Of a stretch of 58,651 bases of DNA, positions 45,350 to 55,211 are shown one piece after another. Position 1 is the first letter of the stretch; every line of letters begins with the position of its first letter. The position numbers and the translations under genes were made by a program. The notes under the pieces are model-generated. The model ran no database searches and was not told the origin of the DNA. It worked only from the letters and a program-made list of their open reading frames with translations. This stretch comes from an uncultured Candidatus Saccharibacteria bacterium (GTDB taxonomy: Bacteria > Patescibacteriota > Minisyncoccia > Phycocordibacterales > CSBR16-119), in assembly GCA_964581035.1 (NCBI GenBank), contig CAZOLO010000005.1, positions 1 through 58,651 on the forward strand. Reading direction: 5' to 3'.

Positions 45350-46708
45350 ATGCAAACAGAAACCATTAACAACAAAGAGCTGTGGGGTAGATGTTTAGAG
45401 GAGCTAGAGGGTCAACTCTCAAAAGCTAATTTTTCTACTTGGTTCAAGAATACTCATATCTACAAGCGAGACCGTGGTATAGCCACTGTTGGTGTACCTA
45501 ATGAATTTGTAAAAGATTGGCTTGGTAATAAATATCTTAAACTTATATTAAAAACAGTAATGCTTTTTGACCCTGGGGTTAAAAACGTTGAATTTACAAT
45601 ATCAAAAACAGAACCAAAGGAGGATAAACGGAGTTCTTCATTTCTTTCATCTTATGGAGGAGAGCTTCCATTACAAAATTTATATATAAACAAAGAAGAT
45701 AATCTTAACCCAAGATATGTTTTTGATACCTTTGTTGTTGGTTCTTTTAACGAATTAGCATACGCAGCTGCCCAAGCCATTATAAAAAATCCAGGTATGG
45801 CTTATAGCCCATTCTTTATTTATGGACAAACAGGTCTTGGAAAAACTCACCTTATACAAGCTATAGGTAACGAAATAAAGAAAAAACACCCAGGTAAGAA
45901 GGTTCATTATGCAACCTTGGAGAAATTCTCTTTAGATTATGTTACATCTCTTCAAAAAAACCGACCAAACGAGTTTAAACAAAAATATAGACAATATGAT
46001 GTACTTATAATGGACGATATCCAGTTTCTTTCTGGTAAAGAAAAGACTCAGGAGGAACTTTTTCATCTTTTCAACACATTATATGAACAAAATAAGCAAA
46101 TTGTTTTTTCATCTGATAAACACCCAAACTATATTCCAGGTCTTGAAGAACGTTTAAAATCAAGGTTTGGTTCTGGGATGATTGTAGATGTATCTATTCC
46201 AGAGTATGAATCAAGATTAGCTATTGTTAAAGCAAAGGTAAAAGAATCTGAAATAACATTAGCTGATGACATAGTTGATTATATAGCCTCATCTTTAGAG
46301 GGAAGTATCAGAGAGTTAGAGGGTAGTCTAAACACAATTCTCTGTCAGGCACAGTTAAAAACAAAACCTATAACGATTTCTGAGGTTAAGAACCTAATTA
46401 AGAACAATATTAAACCAAAGAAAAATGTTTCTATTACAGATATCGTTAAAATGGTTACAGATTTCTATAATATAAATGAACAATCTGTGTACGAAAAAAC
46501 AAGAAGGAAAGAGATTGTAAAAGCTAGACAGATTATAATGTATATATTAAGAGAAGATTTTAATATATCTTATCCGATGATTGGTCAAAAATTAGGAGGG
46601 AAGGATCATACAACAGTAATTCACTCTTGTTTAAAAATTAAAAAGGAAATTGAAAATAAAACAGAGGTTGTGGATGAAATAGAAAGATTAAGAATAATGT
46701 TTAAATAG
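45350..46708 (+). CDS. dnaA: Chromosomal replication initiator
   Basis: FSTWF, GQTGLGKTHL, MDDIQF, GGKDHTTVIH; start MQTETI. Confidence 0.98.
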   Translation: MQTETINNKELWGRCLEELEGQLSKANFSTWFKNTHIYKRDRGIATVGVPNEFVKDWLGNKYLKLILKTVMLFDPGVKNVEFTISKTEPKEDKRSSSFLSSYGGELPLQNLYINKEDNLNPRYVFDTFVVGSFNELAYAAAQAIIKNPGMAYSPFFIYGQTGLGKTHLIQAIGNEIKKKHPGKKVHYATLEKFSLDYVTSLQKNRPNEFKQKYRQYDVLIMDDIQFLSGKEKTQEELFHLFNTLYEQNKQIVFSSDKHPNYIPGLEERLKSRFGSGMIVDVSIPEYESRLAIVKAKVKESEITLADDIVDYIASSLEGSIRELEGSLNTILCQAQLKTKPITISEVKNLIKNNIKPKKNVSITDIVKMVTDFYNINEQSVYEKTRRKEIVKARQIIMYILREDFNISYPMIGQKLGGKDHTTVIHSCLKIKKEIENKTEVVDEIERLRIMFK

Positions 46709-46964
46709 CTGTTTATAAGTCTGTATAAAAGGTTAATATCTAAAGCAAAAGCCCTTTATTAAATGTTTAAAAGATAAAAGTTATAAACATCTTAATAATT
46801 AATTAAAAAGTTATAAGTTTTAAACAACTTTAAATTATAGAGTTTCAAACAGGTTGATTTAATTTAAAGACTACAAACAAACGTCATTTAACACTTATAC
46901 ACTTATACACAACCCTAATAATAGTAATAGATTATATATAAGAACTAACTGTGAATAGAAAAAC
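46709..46964. other. oriC: Probable oriC (dnaA-dnaN intergenic region)
   Basis: Very AT-rich; degenerate boxes at 46710-46718 and 46781-46789; tandem TTATACAC-TTATACACA (46895-46911), then ACCC and trio-like CTA ATA ATA GTA ATA. Confidence 0.7.
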
Positions 46965-48068
46965 ATGCGAGTTAAAACAAATACACAAAAAATAAAAAAC
47001 GCTGTTATTCAAGCAGATAAGATAACTAGTAAAAATGCTAGTCATCCTGTTCTTGGTTCTATTTTATTAAAAACAGAAAAAGACCAAATAAGTATACGAT
47101 CAACTAATTTAAGTTTAGGGGTAGATATAAAAATTCCAGCGAAAGTAGAAGAGGAGGGGGAGGTAGCTGTATATGGATCTCTTTTAGTTGGAATTTTTTC
47201 TTCTCTTTCTGGTAAAGAAGAAACATCTTTAGATCTTATAGATGAAACATTATCTGTCTCAACTGCTGGAGTTAACTTGGTTGTTAATACTTTAGAGACT
47301 GAAGAATTTCCATCTATTCCTAATGTTGAAGGATTATCTTTTTCTGTTAAGACAAAACTTTTCCTTAAAGGATTAAAATCTGTATACTACGCATCTTCTG
47401 TTTCAGATATTAAACCAGAGATATCAAGTGTATTTATATACCCAGAGAATAATGACTCATTAGTTTTTGTAGCGACAGACACTTTTCGTCTAGGAGAAAA
47501 ATCTATAGAAGTAGAGTCTGTTCCAGATTTCGAAGGTTTATTAATACCTTTTAAAAATATATCTGAGATTATAAGGGTTTTAAACGATCATGAAGAAGAA
47601 GATGTAGAAATTACATTTAATAAAAACCAAATTTCATTTAAAGTTAAAGATATATATCTAACCTCAAGACTTATAGACGGAAGTTTTCCAGATTATCGAC
47701 AGATTATTCCAAAAGAAAACAAAACACAGGTAATAGTACTTAAACAAGATCTTATAAATGCTCTTAAGTTGGCAAATATCTTCTCAGACAAGTTTAATCA
47801 GGTAACAATGGTAATAGACCCGAAAGACAGTATTTTTGAGATCTCATCGAAGAATACAGGTATAGGAGAAAATAATACAACCCTAGAAGCCACTCTTTCT
47901 GGAGACTCTATTACATTAAATATAAACTATAAATATCTTCTTGATTGTTTTCAATCAGTATATGAAGACAGTGTTGTTTTAGAATTTACAGAATCTAGAA
48001 AACCAATGATTATAAAGAGTATTTCAGATAAATCATTCTTATATCTAATAATGCCTATAAACAGGTAG
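46965..48068 (+). CDS. dnaN: DNA polymerase III beta clamp
   Basis: STNLSL, EEFP, VATDTFRL, SRLIDGSFPDY, YLIMP. Confidence 0.97.
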   Translation: MRVKTNTQKIKNAVIQADKITSKNASHPVLGSILLKTEKDQISIRSTNLSLGVDIKIPAKVEEEGEVAVYGSLLVGIFSSLSGKEETSLDLIDETLSVSTAGVNLVVNTLETEEFPSIPNVEGLSFSVKTKLFLKGLKSVYYASSVSDIKPEISSVFIYPENNDSLVFVATDTFRLGEKSIEVESVPDFEGLLIPFKNISEIIRVLNDHEEEDVEITFNKNQISFKVKDIYLTSRLIDGSFPDYRQIIPKENKTQVIVLKQDLINALKLANIFSDKFNQVTMVIDPKDSIFEISSKNTGIGENNTTLEATLSGDSITLNINYKYLLDCFQSVYEDSVVLEFTESRKPMIIKSISDKSFLYLIMPINR

Positions 48069-48069
48069 T

Positions 48070-48327
48070 ATGTTAAATAATTTAGATAAATTTCTAAATG
48101 TTTTTGAGAATCTAATTAAATCAGAGATAGGTTCAAAGAAAATAATACAAGAAACCTTAGAGGAGGTTTTGAAAATTAAAATCGATAGCTCTAAAATAGA
48201 AATAAGAGAATTTAATTTATATATAGAAACTCATCCTGTTATAAAGAATGAGATTAAGATTAACTACGAAGAAATCCTTCAAAAACTTGAAAATAGAACA
48301 GGTAAAAACTTTGACAGTATTAGTTAG
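48070..48327 (+). CDS. DciA/DUF721-like small protein
   Basis: Directly after dnaN; LYIETHPVIKNEIKINYEEILQKLE resembles the DciA core. Confidence 0.5.
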   Translation: MLNNLDKFLNVFENLIKSEIGSKKIIQETLEEVLKIKIDSSKIEIREFNLYIETHPVIKNEIKINYEEILQKLENRTGKNFDSIS

Positions 48328-50911
48328 TCAAAATTACAGGTATCGTTATAGTTGTTTTATTAAAGACAGTGTCAAACACATAAGCTCTTATAATATGCTC
48401 TCCTTCGCTAAATTTTTCTTCATCAAAAGAAGCTGTTAGTTTAAGGGATCCATTTCTCGCTGTACCAATATATGTATTGTCTATAAAGAAATCAATCTTT
48501 GTTAAAGCTGAATTAATGGGGCTAGAGTATTGAACTATAAAGATTACATTCTCACCAAATTTAATAGATTGCCCTGTTTGTGGAGATAGGAAAGTAGCTA
48601 TAGGTTTAGATAATTCTGTGTGTATATTATCCTCGTATGTTGGAATATCGGCTTCAGTTGTTGATGAATAATTTCCTCCATTTTCTGCCCACCATTTCAT
48701 AACACCATATTCCCAACCAAAATATTGGTCATCATTTTCAGGATTTTCAGGGTAAGGACCGAGCGGATCTTTTTTATCTATCCAGTGAAGTATAGAGTGA
48801 ACGTTTGGTATTACAATTTCTCCAAGAGTTTCTTTTGGTGTGTGTTCTGTAGCTAATCCACCAGATAATACATCTATTAATATTGGTTCACCACCCATCC
48901 ATTGACCACGTATAATAGGTTTAACTGTTTTTGGTGGCACTTCTGTTGAGGGTGTGAATTTATTATTATCTGTTTTTGTTAGAGCGTAACCCATAAACTC
49001 TCCCCATAGAGACCCAGAAATACCAGACCCCTTTTTCATTGGGGTGTTATCGTTATTACCAGACCATACTCCAGTAACAATATCTGGTGAATAACCCATC
49101 ATCCAAGCATCTTTCTTGCTATCTGTTGTTCCTGTTTTACCTGCAACATCATAACCTGGGAAATACATGAAGCTTCTAGAACCCCAAAGAGGTGTTCTCG
49201 CTTGGTTGTCTGAAAGAATACTATTAATTTTTATAGCTGTATTTTTATCTAAAACTTGAGCACTTGAATTTTTATATGATTCTATTATAGATCCATCCTG
49301 CCTTGATATTTCAAGAATACCTGTTGGTTCATTTCTAACTCCTTCTGTTGCAAATACACTATAAGCTGAGACCATCTCTAATAATTGAACTTCACCACCT
49401 CCAAGAACAAGAGTTAATCCATATCTAACCGGATCATTTAAAGAACTAATACCCATCTTCTGAGCTGTTTTAATTGTGTTGTTTATTCCAACTAAATAAA
49501 GCATTTTAACAGCGGGTACATTTCTTGATTGAGCAAGAGCATTTCTTATACTCATTGGTCCGTTGTATAAATCATCAAAGTTTCTAGGGTTGTAACATTT
49601 ATCATCTCCGTCCATTTTTTGACTACCATCCAATGCACAATTTGGATTAAATTCAGTTGGTGTGTCAAAAACTATTGATTCTGGTTCAAATCCATTATCA
49701 AAAGCTGTAGCATAAACAAAAGGTTTAAAAGATGACCCGGGTTGTCTATAAGCTGTTGCTATATTGAAATTTCCATCAATCTCCTCATCGAAGTAATTTT
49801 TTGATCCAACCATGGCTAATACCTGACCTGTTCTAGGGTCCATAGAAACTAAAGCGGCGTTACTTGCATTGTATAAATCTTTATTTATTTCTGCGTGTTT
49901 TTTTACTACTTCTTCTGCTTTTTCTTGTAGGTCATAATCAAGTGTTGTTTTAACAATTAAACCACCACGAAGAACGGCATCTTCTCCATATTTACTTTCC
50001 AGGTAATCTCTCACCCAAAAAACAAAGTGGGGAGCTTTAATACCAACTTCTTTTTTAGGAGAAAACTCAACATCTACAAGTTTTGCTTCGAGAGCTTCTT
50101 CGTCAGATATAAAACCTAATTCACTCATTTTTGATAAAACAAGATCTTTTCTATTATCTAGTGCATCTTTATGTTTACCATAAGGAGAAAAATATGTTGG
50201 TGCATTTGGTATGGCAGCAAGATATGCAGATTGGGCTAGATTTAGATCTACAGCATCAATACCAAAAAATGTCTTAGAAGCCTCTTGAATACCATAGATA
50301 CTTCCACCATAAGGAGCCTCATTTAGGTATATTTCCAATATTTGTTCCTTTGAAAATTCCTTCTCAACCTTTACAGCCAGTATCCATTCCTTAATTTTTC
50401 TAGAAATTCTTTTATCTTGTGTTAATAGAGTATTTTTTACAATTTGTTGAGTAATAGTAGACCCTCCTTGAGAGAATTCCCCTGATTTAATGTTTGCTAA
50501 TATAGCTCTAAACAATGCTTTTGGTCTAATACCTTTATGGTTGTAAAATTCAGAATCTTCTATTGCTACAGAAGCATTTCTTACATAAACAGACATATCT
50601 TCAAAAGAAACCTTATTTCTTTTTATATCTTCATAAATATCATAAAGGAGTATTTCACCTGTTCTGTCATAAATTTTTGTTGAATTTGTGATTACTCTAT
50701 CGTTAAAAGCTCCAAAATCTGGTGTTTTTAGTGTTGCTAGCCATATAAAAATAAAACCAGCCATAAAAACACAAAAACTAAGAAGAAGCCACCAAATATT
50801 TGATTTATGGTTTTTCAAGTGGTTTCTTGCGTGAGATAAACTAGAAGATGTTTTTTCTAATACTTTTTTCCCTACTTTTTTTGCATGTTTTATATGTTTT
50901 TTATGTTTCAT
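48320..50911 (-). CDS. Class A penicillin-binding protein with C-terminal Ig-like domain
   Basis: EDSEFYNHKG, GGSTITQQ, RKIKE; GSSFKP, SRN, KTGT. Confidence 0.95.
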   Translation of the reverse strand: MKHKKHIKHAKKVGKKVLEKTSSSLSHARNHLKNHKSNIWWLLLSFCVFMAGFIFIWLATLKTPDFGAFNDRVITNSTKIYDRTGEILLYDIYEDIKRNKVSFEDMSVYVRNASVAIEDSEFYNHKGIRPKALFRAILANIKSGEFSQGGSTITQQIVKNTLLTQDKRISRKIKEWILAVKVEKEFSKEQILEIYLNEAPYGGSIYGIQEASKTFFGIDAVDLNLAQSAYLAAIPNAPTYFSPYGKHKDALDNRKDLVLSKMSELGFISDEEALEAKLVDVEFSPKKEVGIKAPHFVFWVRDYLESKYGEDAVLRGGLIVKTTLDYDLQEKAEEVVKKHAEINKDLYNASNAALVSMDPRTGQVLAMVGSKNYFDEEIDGNFNIATAYRQPGSSFKPFVYATAFDNGFEPESIVFDTPTEFNPNCALDGSQKMDGDDKCYNPRNFDDLYNGPMSIRNALAQSRNVPAVKMLYLVGINNTIKTAQKMGISSLNDPVRYGLTLVLGGGEVQLLEMVSAYSVFATEGVRNEPTGILEISRQDGSIIESYKNSSAQVLDKNTAIKINSILSDNQARTPLWGSRSFMYFPGYDVAGKTGTTDSKKDAWMMGYSPDIVTGVWSGNNDNTPMKKGSGISGSLWGEFMGYALTKTDNNKFTPSTEVPPKTVKPIIRGQWMGGEPILIDVLSGGLATEHTPKETLGEIVIPNVHSILHWIDKKDPLGPYPENPENDDQYFGWEYGVMKWWAENGGNYSSTTEADIPTYEDNIHTELSKPIATFLSPQTGQSIKFGENVIFIVQYSSPINSALTKIDFFIDNTYIGTARNGSLKLTASFDEEKFSEGEHIIRAYVFDTVFNKTTITIPVILTN

Positions 50912-50975
50912 GGTATGTGACAAATATATCACGAATAGGTATGGCGGTATACTGTAATTTTGCTAATATATACAC

Positions 50976-52178
50976 ATGTTCGGATTAAATATGAGTAGCA
51001 ATATAAATACAGACGAAGCAGAGATAGAAAAATTACTCAGAAGAGGTGTGGATGAGATAATTGGTCTAGAGAATCTTAAAAAAAGGATGTTTTCAGGTGA
51101 AAAATTAAGGATTAAACTTGGTGTAGACCCAACCAGTCCTAATATTCACTTAGGAAGATCTGTTCCATTACTTAAGCTTAGAGACTTTCAGAAATTGGGC
51201 CACCAAGTGGTTTTTATAATTGGAGATTTTACAGGTACTGTTGGAGATACTTCAGATAAAGATTCAGAAAGACCAAATCTTACAAAAGATCAAATAAAAG
51301 AAAATATAAAAACATACAAGAACCAAGTTTCAAAAATAATTGATTTAAATAAATCAGAGGTTCATTTTAATTCTAAATGGTTAGGAAAATTAAATTTCTC
51401 AGAAATAGGAGATTTGGCAAGTATTTTTTCAGTAAATCAATTTATATCAAGAGATCTTATTTCAAAAAGACTCAAAGAGGGAAAAAGGGTTTCTTTAAAA
51501 GAAACTTTATACCCCCTTATGCAAGGGTATGACTCTGTTTCAATAAAAGCTGATGTAGAACTTGGTGGATCAGACCAAAGATTTAACATGTTGGCAGGTA
51601 GAGATATTCAAAAACATTTTGGACAAAGAGAGCAATCAATAATCACAGGACCAATAGTAGAAGGTCTTGATGGTAGAAAGATGAGTAGTAGCTGGGGTAA
51701 CACTATAAATTTCCAAGATACACCTGAAGATATGTATGGAAAAGTAATGTCTTTGAACGACGAGTTTGTTGTTAAGTACTTTACATTACTTACACGTGTT
51801 CCTGAGGATGAAATTTCTATATATGAAAAAGAGGTTACCATAAACCCAAAGGGTGTAAAAATGAGTCTTGCTAAAACAATTGTTGAAATGTATCACTCTC
51901 TTGACGAGGCGGAAAAGGCGGAAAAAAACTGGGAGAAAACATTTTCTCAAAGAGGTATTCCAGAGGATATAAATGAAATATATGTTGAAGAAGGAGAAAC
52001 TTTAATAGAAATATTTATTAAAAAAGACCTACTTCCATCAAAAACAGAATTTAGAAGAAGGTTTGAAGCTGGGGCTATAAAGAATGCTGAAACGGGCGAC
52101 ATTGCTCCAGAAGAAATTTCAGAAACAATAACCATAAAATATGGCAAAAAAGATTTTATTAAAATAATTAAAAAATAA
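50976..52178 (+). CDS. tyrS: Tyrosine--tRNA ligase
   Basis: GVDPTSPNIHLG, YPLMQGYD, GGSDQRFN, KMSSS. Confidence 0.96.
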   Translation: MFGLNMSSNINTDEAEIEKLLRRGVDEIIGLENLKKRMFSGEKLRIKLGVDPTSPNIHLGRSVPLLKLRDFQKLGHQVVFIIGDFTGTVGDTSDKDSERPNLTKDQIKENIKTYKNQVSKIIDLNKSEVHFNSKWLGKLNFSEIGDLASIFSVNQFISRDLISKRLKEGKRVSLKETLYPLMQGYDSVSIKADVELGGSDQRFNMLAGRDIQKHFGQREQSIITGPIVEGLDGRKMSSSWGNTINFQDTPEDMYGKVMSLNDEFVVKYFTLLTRVPEDEISIYEKEVTINPKGVKMSLAKTIVEMYHSLDEAEKAEKNWEKTFSQRGIPEDINEIYVEEGETLIEIFIKKDLLPSKTEFRRRFEAGAIKNAETGDIAPEEISETITIKYGKKDFIKIIKK

Positions 52179-52206
52179 ATAAAAAACCGCTTAAGCGGTT
52201 TTTTAT

Positions 52207-52452
52207 TTAACTCCAGTCATCCATATTGTTATCTTCCAGTGGGTTGTATCCCTCATCTTCATCATCAACACCACCAAAAAGTTTAGCATCGTCTATATCT
52301 TCTTCATCTTCTTCATCTTCATCTTCATCTTCTTCAACCTTTTCATCACTTTTTAAATCAGCAAGAGGATCAGATTCCTCTTCATCATCAGTGGTTTCAT
52401 CTAGGTTATCTAAAACATCATCATTGAGTTCTTTTTCGTCATCAAAATCCAT
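52207..52452 (-). CDS. Extremely acidic small protein
   Basis: 81 aa, more than half Asp/Glu; converges on terminator 52178-52207. Confidence 0.65.
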   Translation of the reverse strand: MDFDDEKELNDDVLDNLDETTDDEEESDPLADLKSDEKVEEDEDEDEEDEEDIDDAKLFGGVDDEDEGYNPLEDNNMDDWS

Positions 52453-52523
52453 TTTGTATTAATAGTTAAAAATAATAATTAAGATGGTTTGTTTATATCA
52501 GAACCAAGAAACCTTAGCAATAG

Positions 52524-53021
52524 CTATAAATTTTCTTTGTGGATATTTATGTTTTTAGAGTGAGCAAAAGCTGTTATTCCAACAGCAATAGCATCTATTT
52601 CATCATCAATATGTTTTCTAGTTTCTAATTTTAAAATCATAGAAACCATTCTATGAACCTCTTCTTTTGTAGCTCTGCCGTGACCAGCCGTTGCCACTTT
52701 TATTTGAAGGGGGGTAAACTCAATAACGGGAAGACCTTTTGATTTTGCTATATAAATCATTACCCCACGAGCTTCAGCAACAGCCATAACTGTCTTTTGG
52801 TTGTTTGTCATAAAGAGATTTTCAATAGCGAAAAGATTTGGTTTATATTTTTTTATTAATTCACTAACTCTCTCTCCAATAGAAAAAATACGATCCTGTA
52901 TAGAATCTTTTTTATTTGTCTGAAAACACTCAGAAAAAATAACCACTTCTTTTCCAGAAATTTTTTCCATTATAGCTACCCCCACACGGTCATAACCTGG
53001 GTCAATTGAAATAATTCTCAT
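52524..53021 (-). CDS. ruvC: Holliday junction resolvase
   Basis: IDPG, AIENLF, EARGV, TPLQIK, DDEIDAIA. Confidence 0.95.
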   Translation of the reverse strand: MRIISIDPGYDRVGVAIMEKISGKEVVIFSECFQTNKKDSIQDRIFSIGERVSELIKKYKPNLFAIENLFMTNNQKTVMAVAEARGVMIYIAKSKGLPVIEFTPLQIKVATAGHGRATKEEVHRMVSMILKLETRKHIDDEIDAIAVGITAFAHSKNINIHKENL

Positions 53022-53068
53022 TAGTGTAGTTTACTAAACCCCAATAAAAAAAACACCCCTTAGGGTGC

Positions 53069-53599
53069 TTAGCTTGCGTTTGTGTATACATCTTGAGTGT
53101 CATCATACTCTTCTATAGCGTCGACAATTCTTTCTAATTTTTCCATGTCGGAATCATCTAAGTCAATTGTTGTTTGTGGCTCCCAGTCACCGGTCTCTAT
53201 ATTTTTAGTGAAATTCCAGGAAACAGAACCTTGAGCTCCAAATGATGCTCCTTGCTTACTAAGTAGATGCTTAATTTCAGCACTCGTTCTGTTGTTGTTA
53301 TCTGTAAGAGCTGTAATTATAATTCCAACACCACTTGGTCCATATGCCTCAAACATAACAGGGGACACATCACCCATTTCAGAAGCTTTTTTAATAGCTC
53401 TATCAATATTGTCTTTTGGCATGTTGGCTTTATTCGCTTTTTCTATAGCCATTTTAAGACCTGGGGAGTCAACGTTTCCATTAGCCTTCTTAGCTTCTAC
53501 TTGAATAAGTCTTACTAGTTTTCCAAAAGTAGCAGATTTTTTTGCGTCTGTTGCTGCTTTTTTATGTTTAATTTTACTCCATTTATTGTGTCCTGACAT
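53069..53599 (-). CDS. yebC: YebC/PmpR-family protein (short, 176 aa)
   Basis: MSGHNKWSKIKHKK, NMPKDNIDRAI, TDNNNRT, DDTQDVYTN. Confidence 0.93.
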   Translation of the reverse strand: MSGHNKWSKIKHKKAATDAKKSATFGKLVRLIQVEAKKANGNVDSPGLKMAIEKANKANMPKDNIDRAIKKASEMGDVSPVMFEAYGPSGVGIIITALTDNNNRTSAEIKHLLSKQGASFGAQGSVSWNFTKNIETGDWEPQTTIDLDDSDMEKLERIVDAIEEYDDTQDVYTNAS

Positions 53600-53612
53600 A
53601 TATATAATTTAC

Positions 53613-54587
53613 TTAAATCTTCTGAATTTGTAAATGCTCATACGCTTTATCAGTGGCCACACGGCCACGAGCTGTTTTATCAAGTAATCCTTGTTGGATC
53701 ATATATGGCTCTATTACATCCTCTATTGTAGATTCATCTTCTCCGGTGGCTGCAGCAATAGTTTTAAGTCCAACTGGTCCTCCTCCAAACTTTTCAATAA
53801 TAGTTCTAAGTATAAATCGGTCATTTTCAAATAAACCCAATTCATCAACACCTAGAAGCTCAAGAGCTTCTTTTACTCGAGAGTCATTCAGGGAGTCATT
53901 TTTTATTTGAGCATAATCTCTACATCTCTTTAAAAAATAATTTGCTGTCCTGGGTGTAGACCTGCTTCTTCTTGCGATTTCTTTTGTTGCAGCCTCTTCT
54001 AGTGTTGCCCCAAGTTTTTCTGCAGATTGATTTAGGATTCTACCAATCTCTCCTTCTGTGTAGTATTCCAAACGGTGAACCCCTCCAGAGAATCTAGATC
54101 GTAGTGGTGCTGAAAGAAGAGACATTTTTGTTGTTGCTGCCACAAGTGTAAATGGTGGCAGGTCTAATTGAAGAGTTCTAGCTGATGGTCCTTTGCCAAT
54201 TATAATATCAAGCACACCTGACTCCATGGCGGGGTAGAGAACCTCTTCAATCATTTTGTTTAATCGGTGGATTTCATCTATAAATAAAATATCCCCCGGC
54301 TCTAGATTTGTAAGAATACTTGCCAGATCTCCAACTTTTTCAATTGCGGGACCTGATGTCGTTTTTAGACTTCTACCTGTTTCTTTTGCTATTAGATGAG
54401 CCAGTGTTGTTTTACCAAGACCGGGTGGCCCATAGAAGAGAAGGTGGTCAGCTGGCTGGTTTCTTTGTTTTGCAGCTTCGAGAAGAATGTTTAGATTTCT
54501 TTTGATACCTTCCTGACCAATGTATGTATCCCAAGAGTTTGGGCGCAGACTTTGATCTAGGTGATCTACTTTTTGTTCATCTTTCAT
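53613..54587 (-). CDS. ruvB: Holliday junction branch migration ATPase
   Basis: LRP, GPPGLGKTTLA, FIDEIHRL, LYPAME, IEPY; start MKDEQ. Confidence 0.97.
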   Translation of the reverse strand: MKDEQKVDHLDQSLRPNSWDTYIGQEGIKRNLNILLEAAKQRNQPADHLLFYGPPGLGKTTLAHLIAKETGRSLKTTSGPAIEKVGDLASILTNLEPGDILFIDEIHRLNKMIEEVLYPAMESGVLDIIIGKGPSARTLQLDLPPFTLVAATTKMSLLSAPLRSRFSGGVHRLEYYTEGEIGRILNQSAEKLGATLEEAATKEIARRSRSTPRTANYFLKRCRDYAQIKNDSLNDSRVKEALELLGVDELGLFENDRFILRTIIEKFGGGPVGLKTIAAATGEDESTIEDVIEPYMIQQGLLDKTARGRVATDKAYEHLQIQKI

Positions 54588-54696
54588 GGTTAAAGTATAC
54601 CATTTTATGTATTTTCTTATAAAAAGCTTGACAGACACGTGTTAGTATGTTAATTTATATGAAATTCACAAACAAATAAGTAAAAACGTAGAAAGA

Positions 54697-55068
54697 ATGA
54701 AAAATATAATTTTTTTGACTCTTATGATAATTTTCTCAGGCACTTCTTCCTTCGCACAAAACAGTGAGGGTGGCCCGGGAGGCGCTGGGAACAGTGATAA
54801 GTTGGATGTTAAAAAACCAAGAAGAGTTGAGTTCGAAAGACACGCTCCTGTATTTACTCTTTCAACAAGAGAGAATATGGTGGCTGATCAGAAAGAAAAA
54901 TGTGGCCCTGGTGGTGCTGGTAGTTACACCGTAATTGCAAAACCAAGCAATCATCTGTGCACACCTTCTTGCTCAGTCACCATAAAATCGCCCGCAACGC
55001 TAATTCGTAAAAAACAGCTGCAAGGAAAACGTTTTATGCGTAGCAATCAAAGTTTAGATCAGTTGTAG
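54697..55068 (+). CDS. Small secreted hypothetical protein with two GPGGAG motifs
   Basis: Signal SSFA-Q; own TTGACA-17-TAATTT promoter (54628-54656); hairpin 55138-55167. Confidence 0.6.
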   Translation: MKNIIFLTLMIIFSGTSSFAQNSEGGPGGAGNSDKLDVKKPRRVEFERHAPVFTLSTRENMVADQKEKCGPGGAGSYTVIAKPSNHLCTPSCSVTIKSPATLIRKKQLQGKRFMRSNQSLDQL

Positions 55069-55182
55069 AATAGGTGTAGGAGATGCCTTGTTATCAGAAA
55101 ATTAGGATAGAGATTTATCCTCAATGTTTTATACTACAAACCCCACATTCAATTGAGTGTGGGGTTTTATTTTTATAAAGAC

Positions 55183-55211
55183 TTGACAAACGTATTTATA
55201 CATGCTAAGAT
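55183..55211 (+). promoter_or_regulatory. Strong sigma70-type promoter with no downstream ORF
   Basis: TTGACA-17-(TGC)TAAGAT; a second TTGACA-16-TATGAT at 55294-55321. Confidence 0.55.

Noticed and set aside
48050-48078. dif-like AATGCCTATAA-ACAGGTA-GTATGTTAAAT
   Set aside because: 7-nt spacer, overlaps the dnaN stop and next start, and lies at the origin rather than the terminus; probably chance
52226-52462. Poly-Ser ORF on the + strand
   Set aside because: Antisense shadow of the Asp/Glu-rich gene
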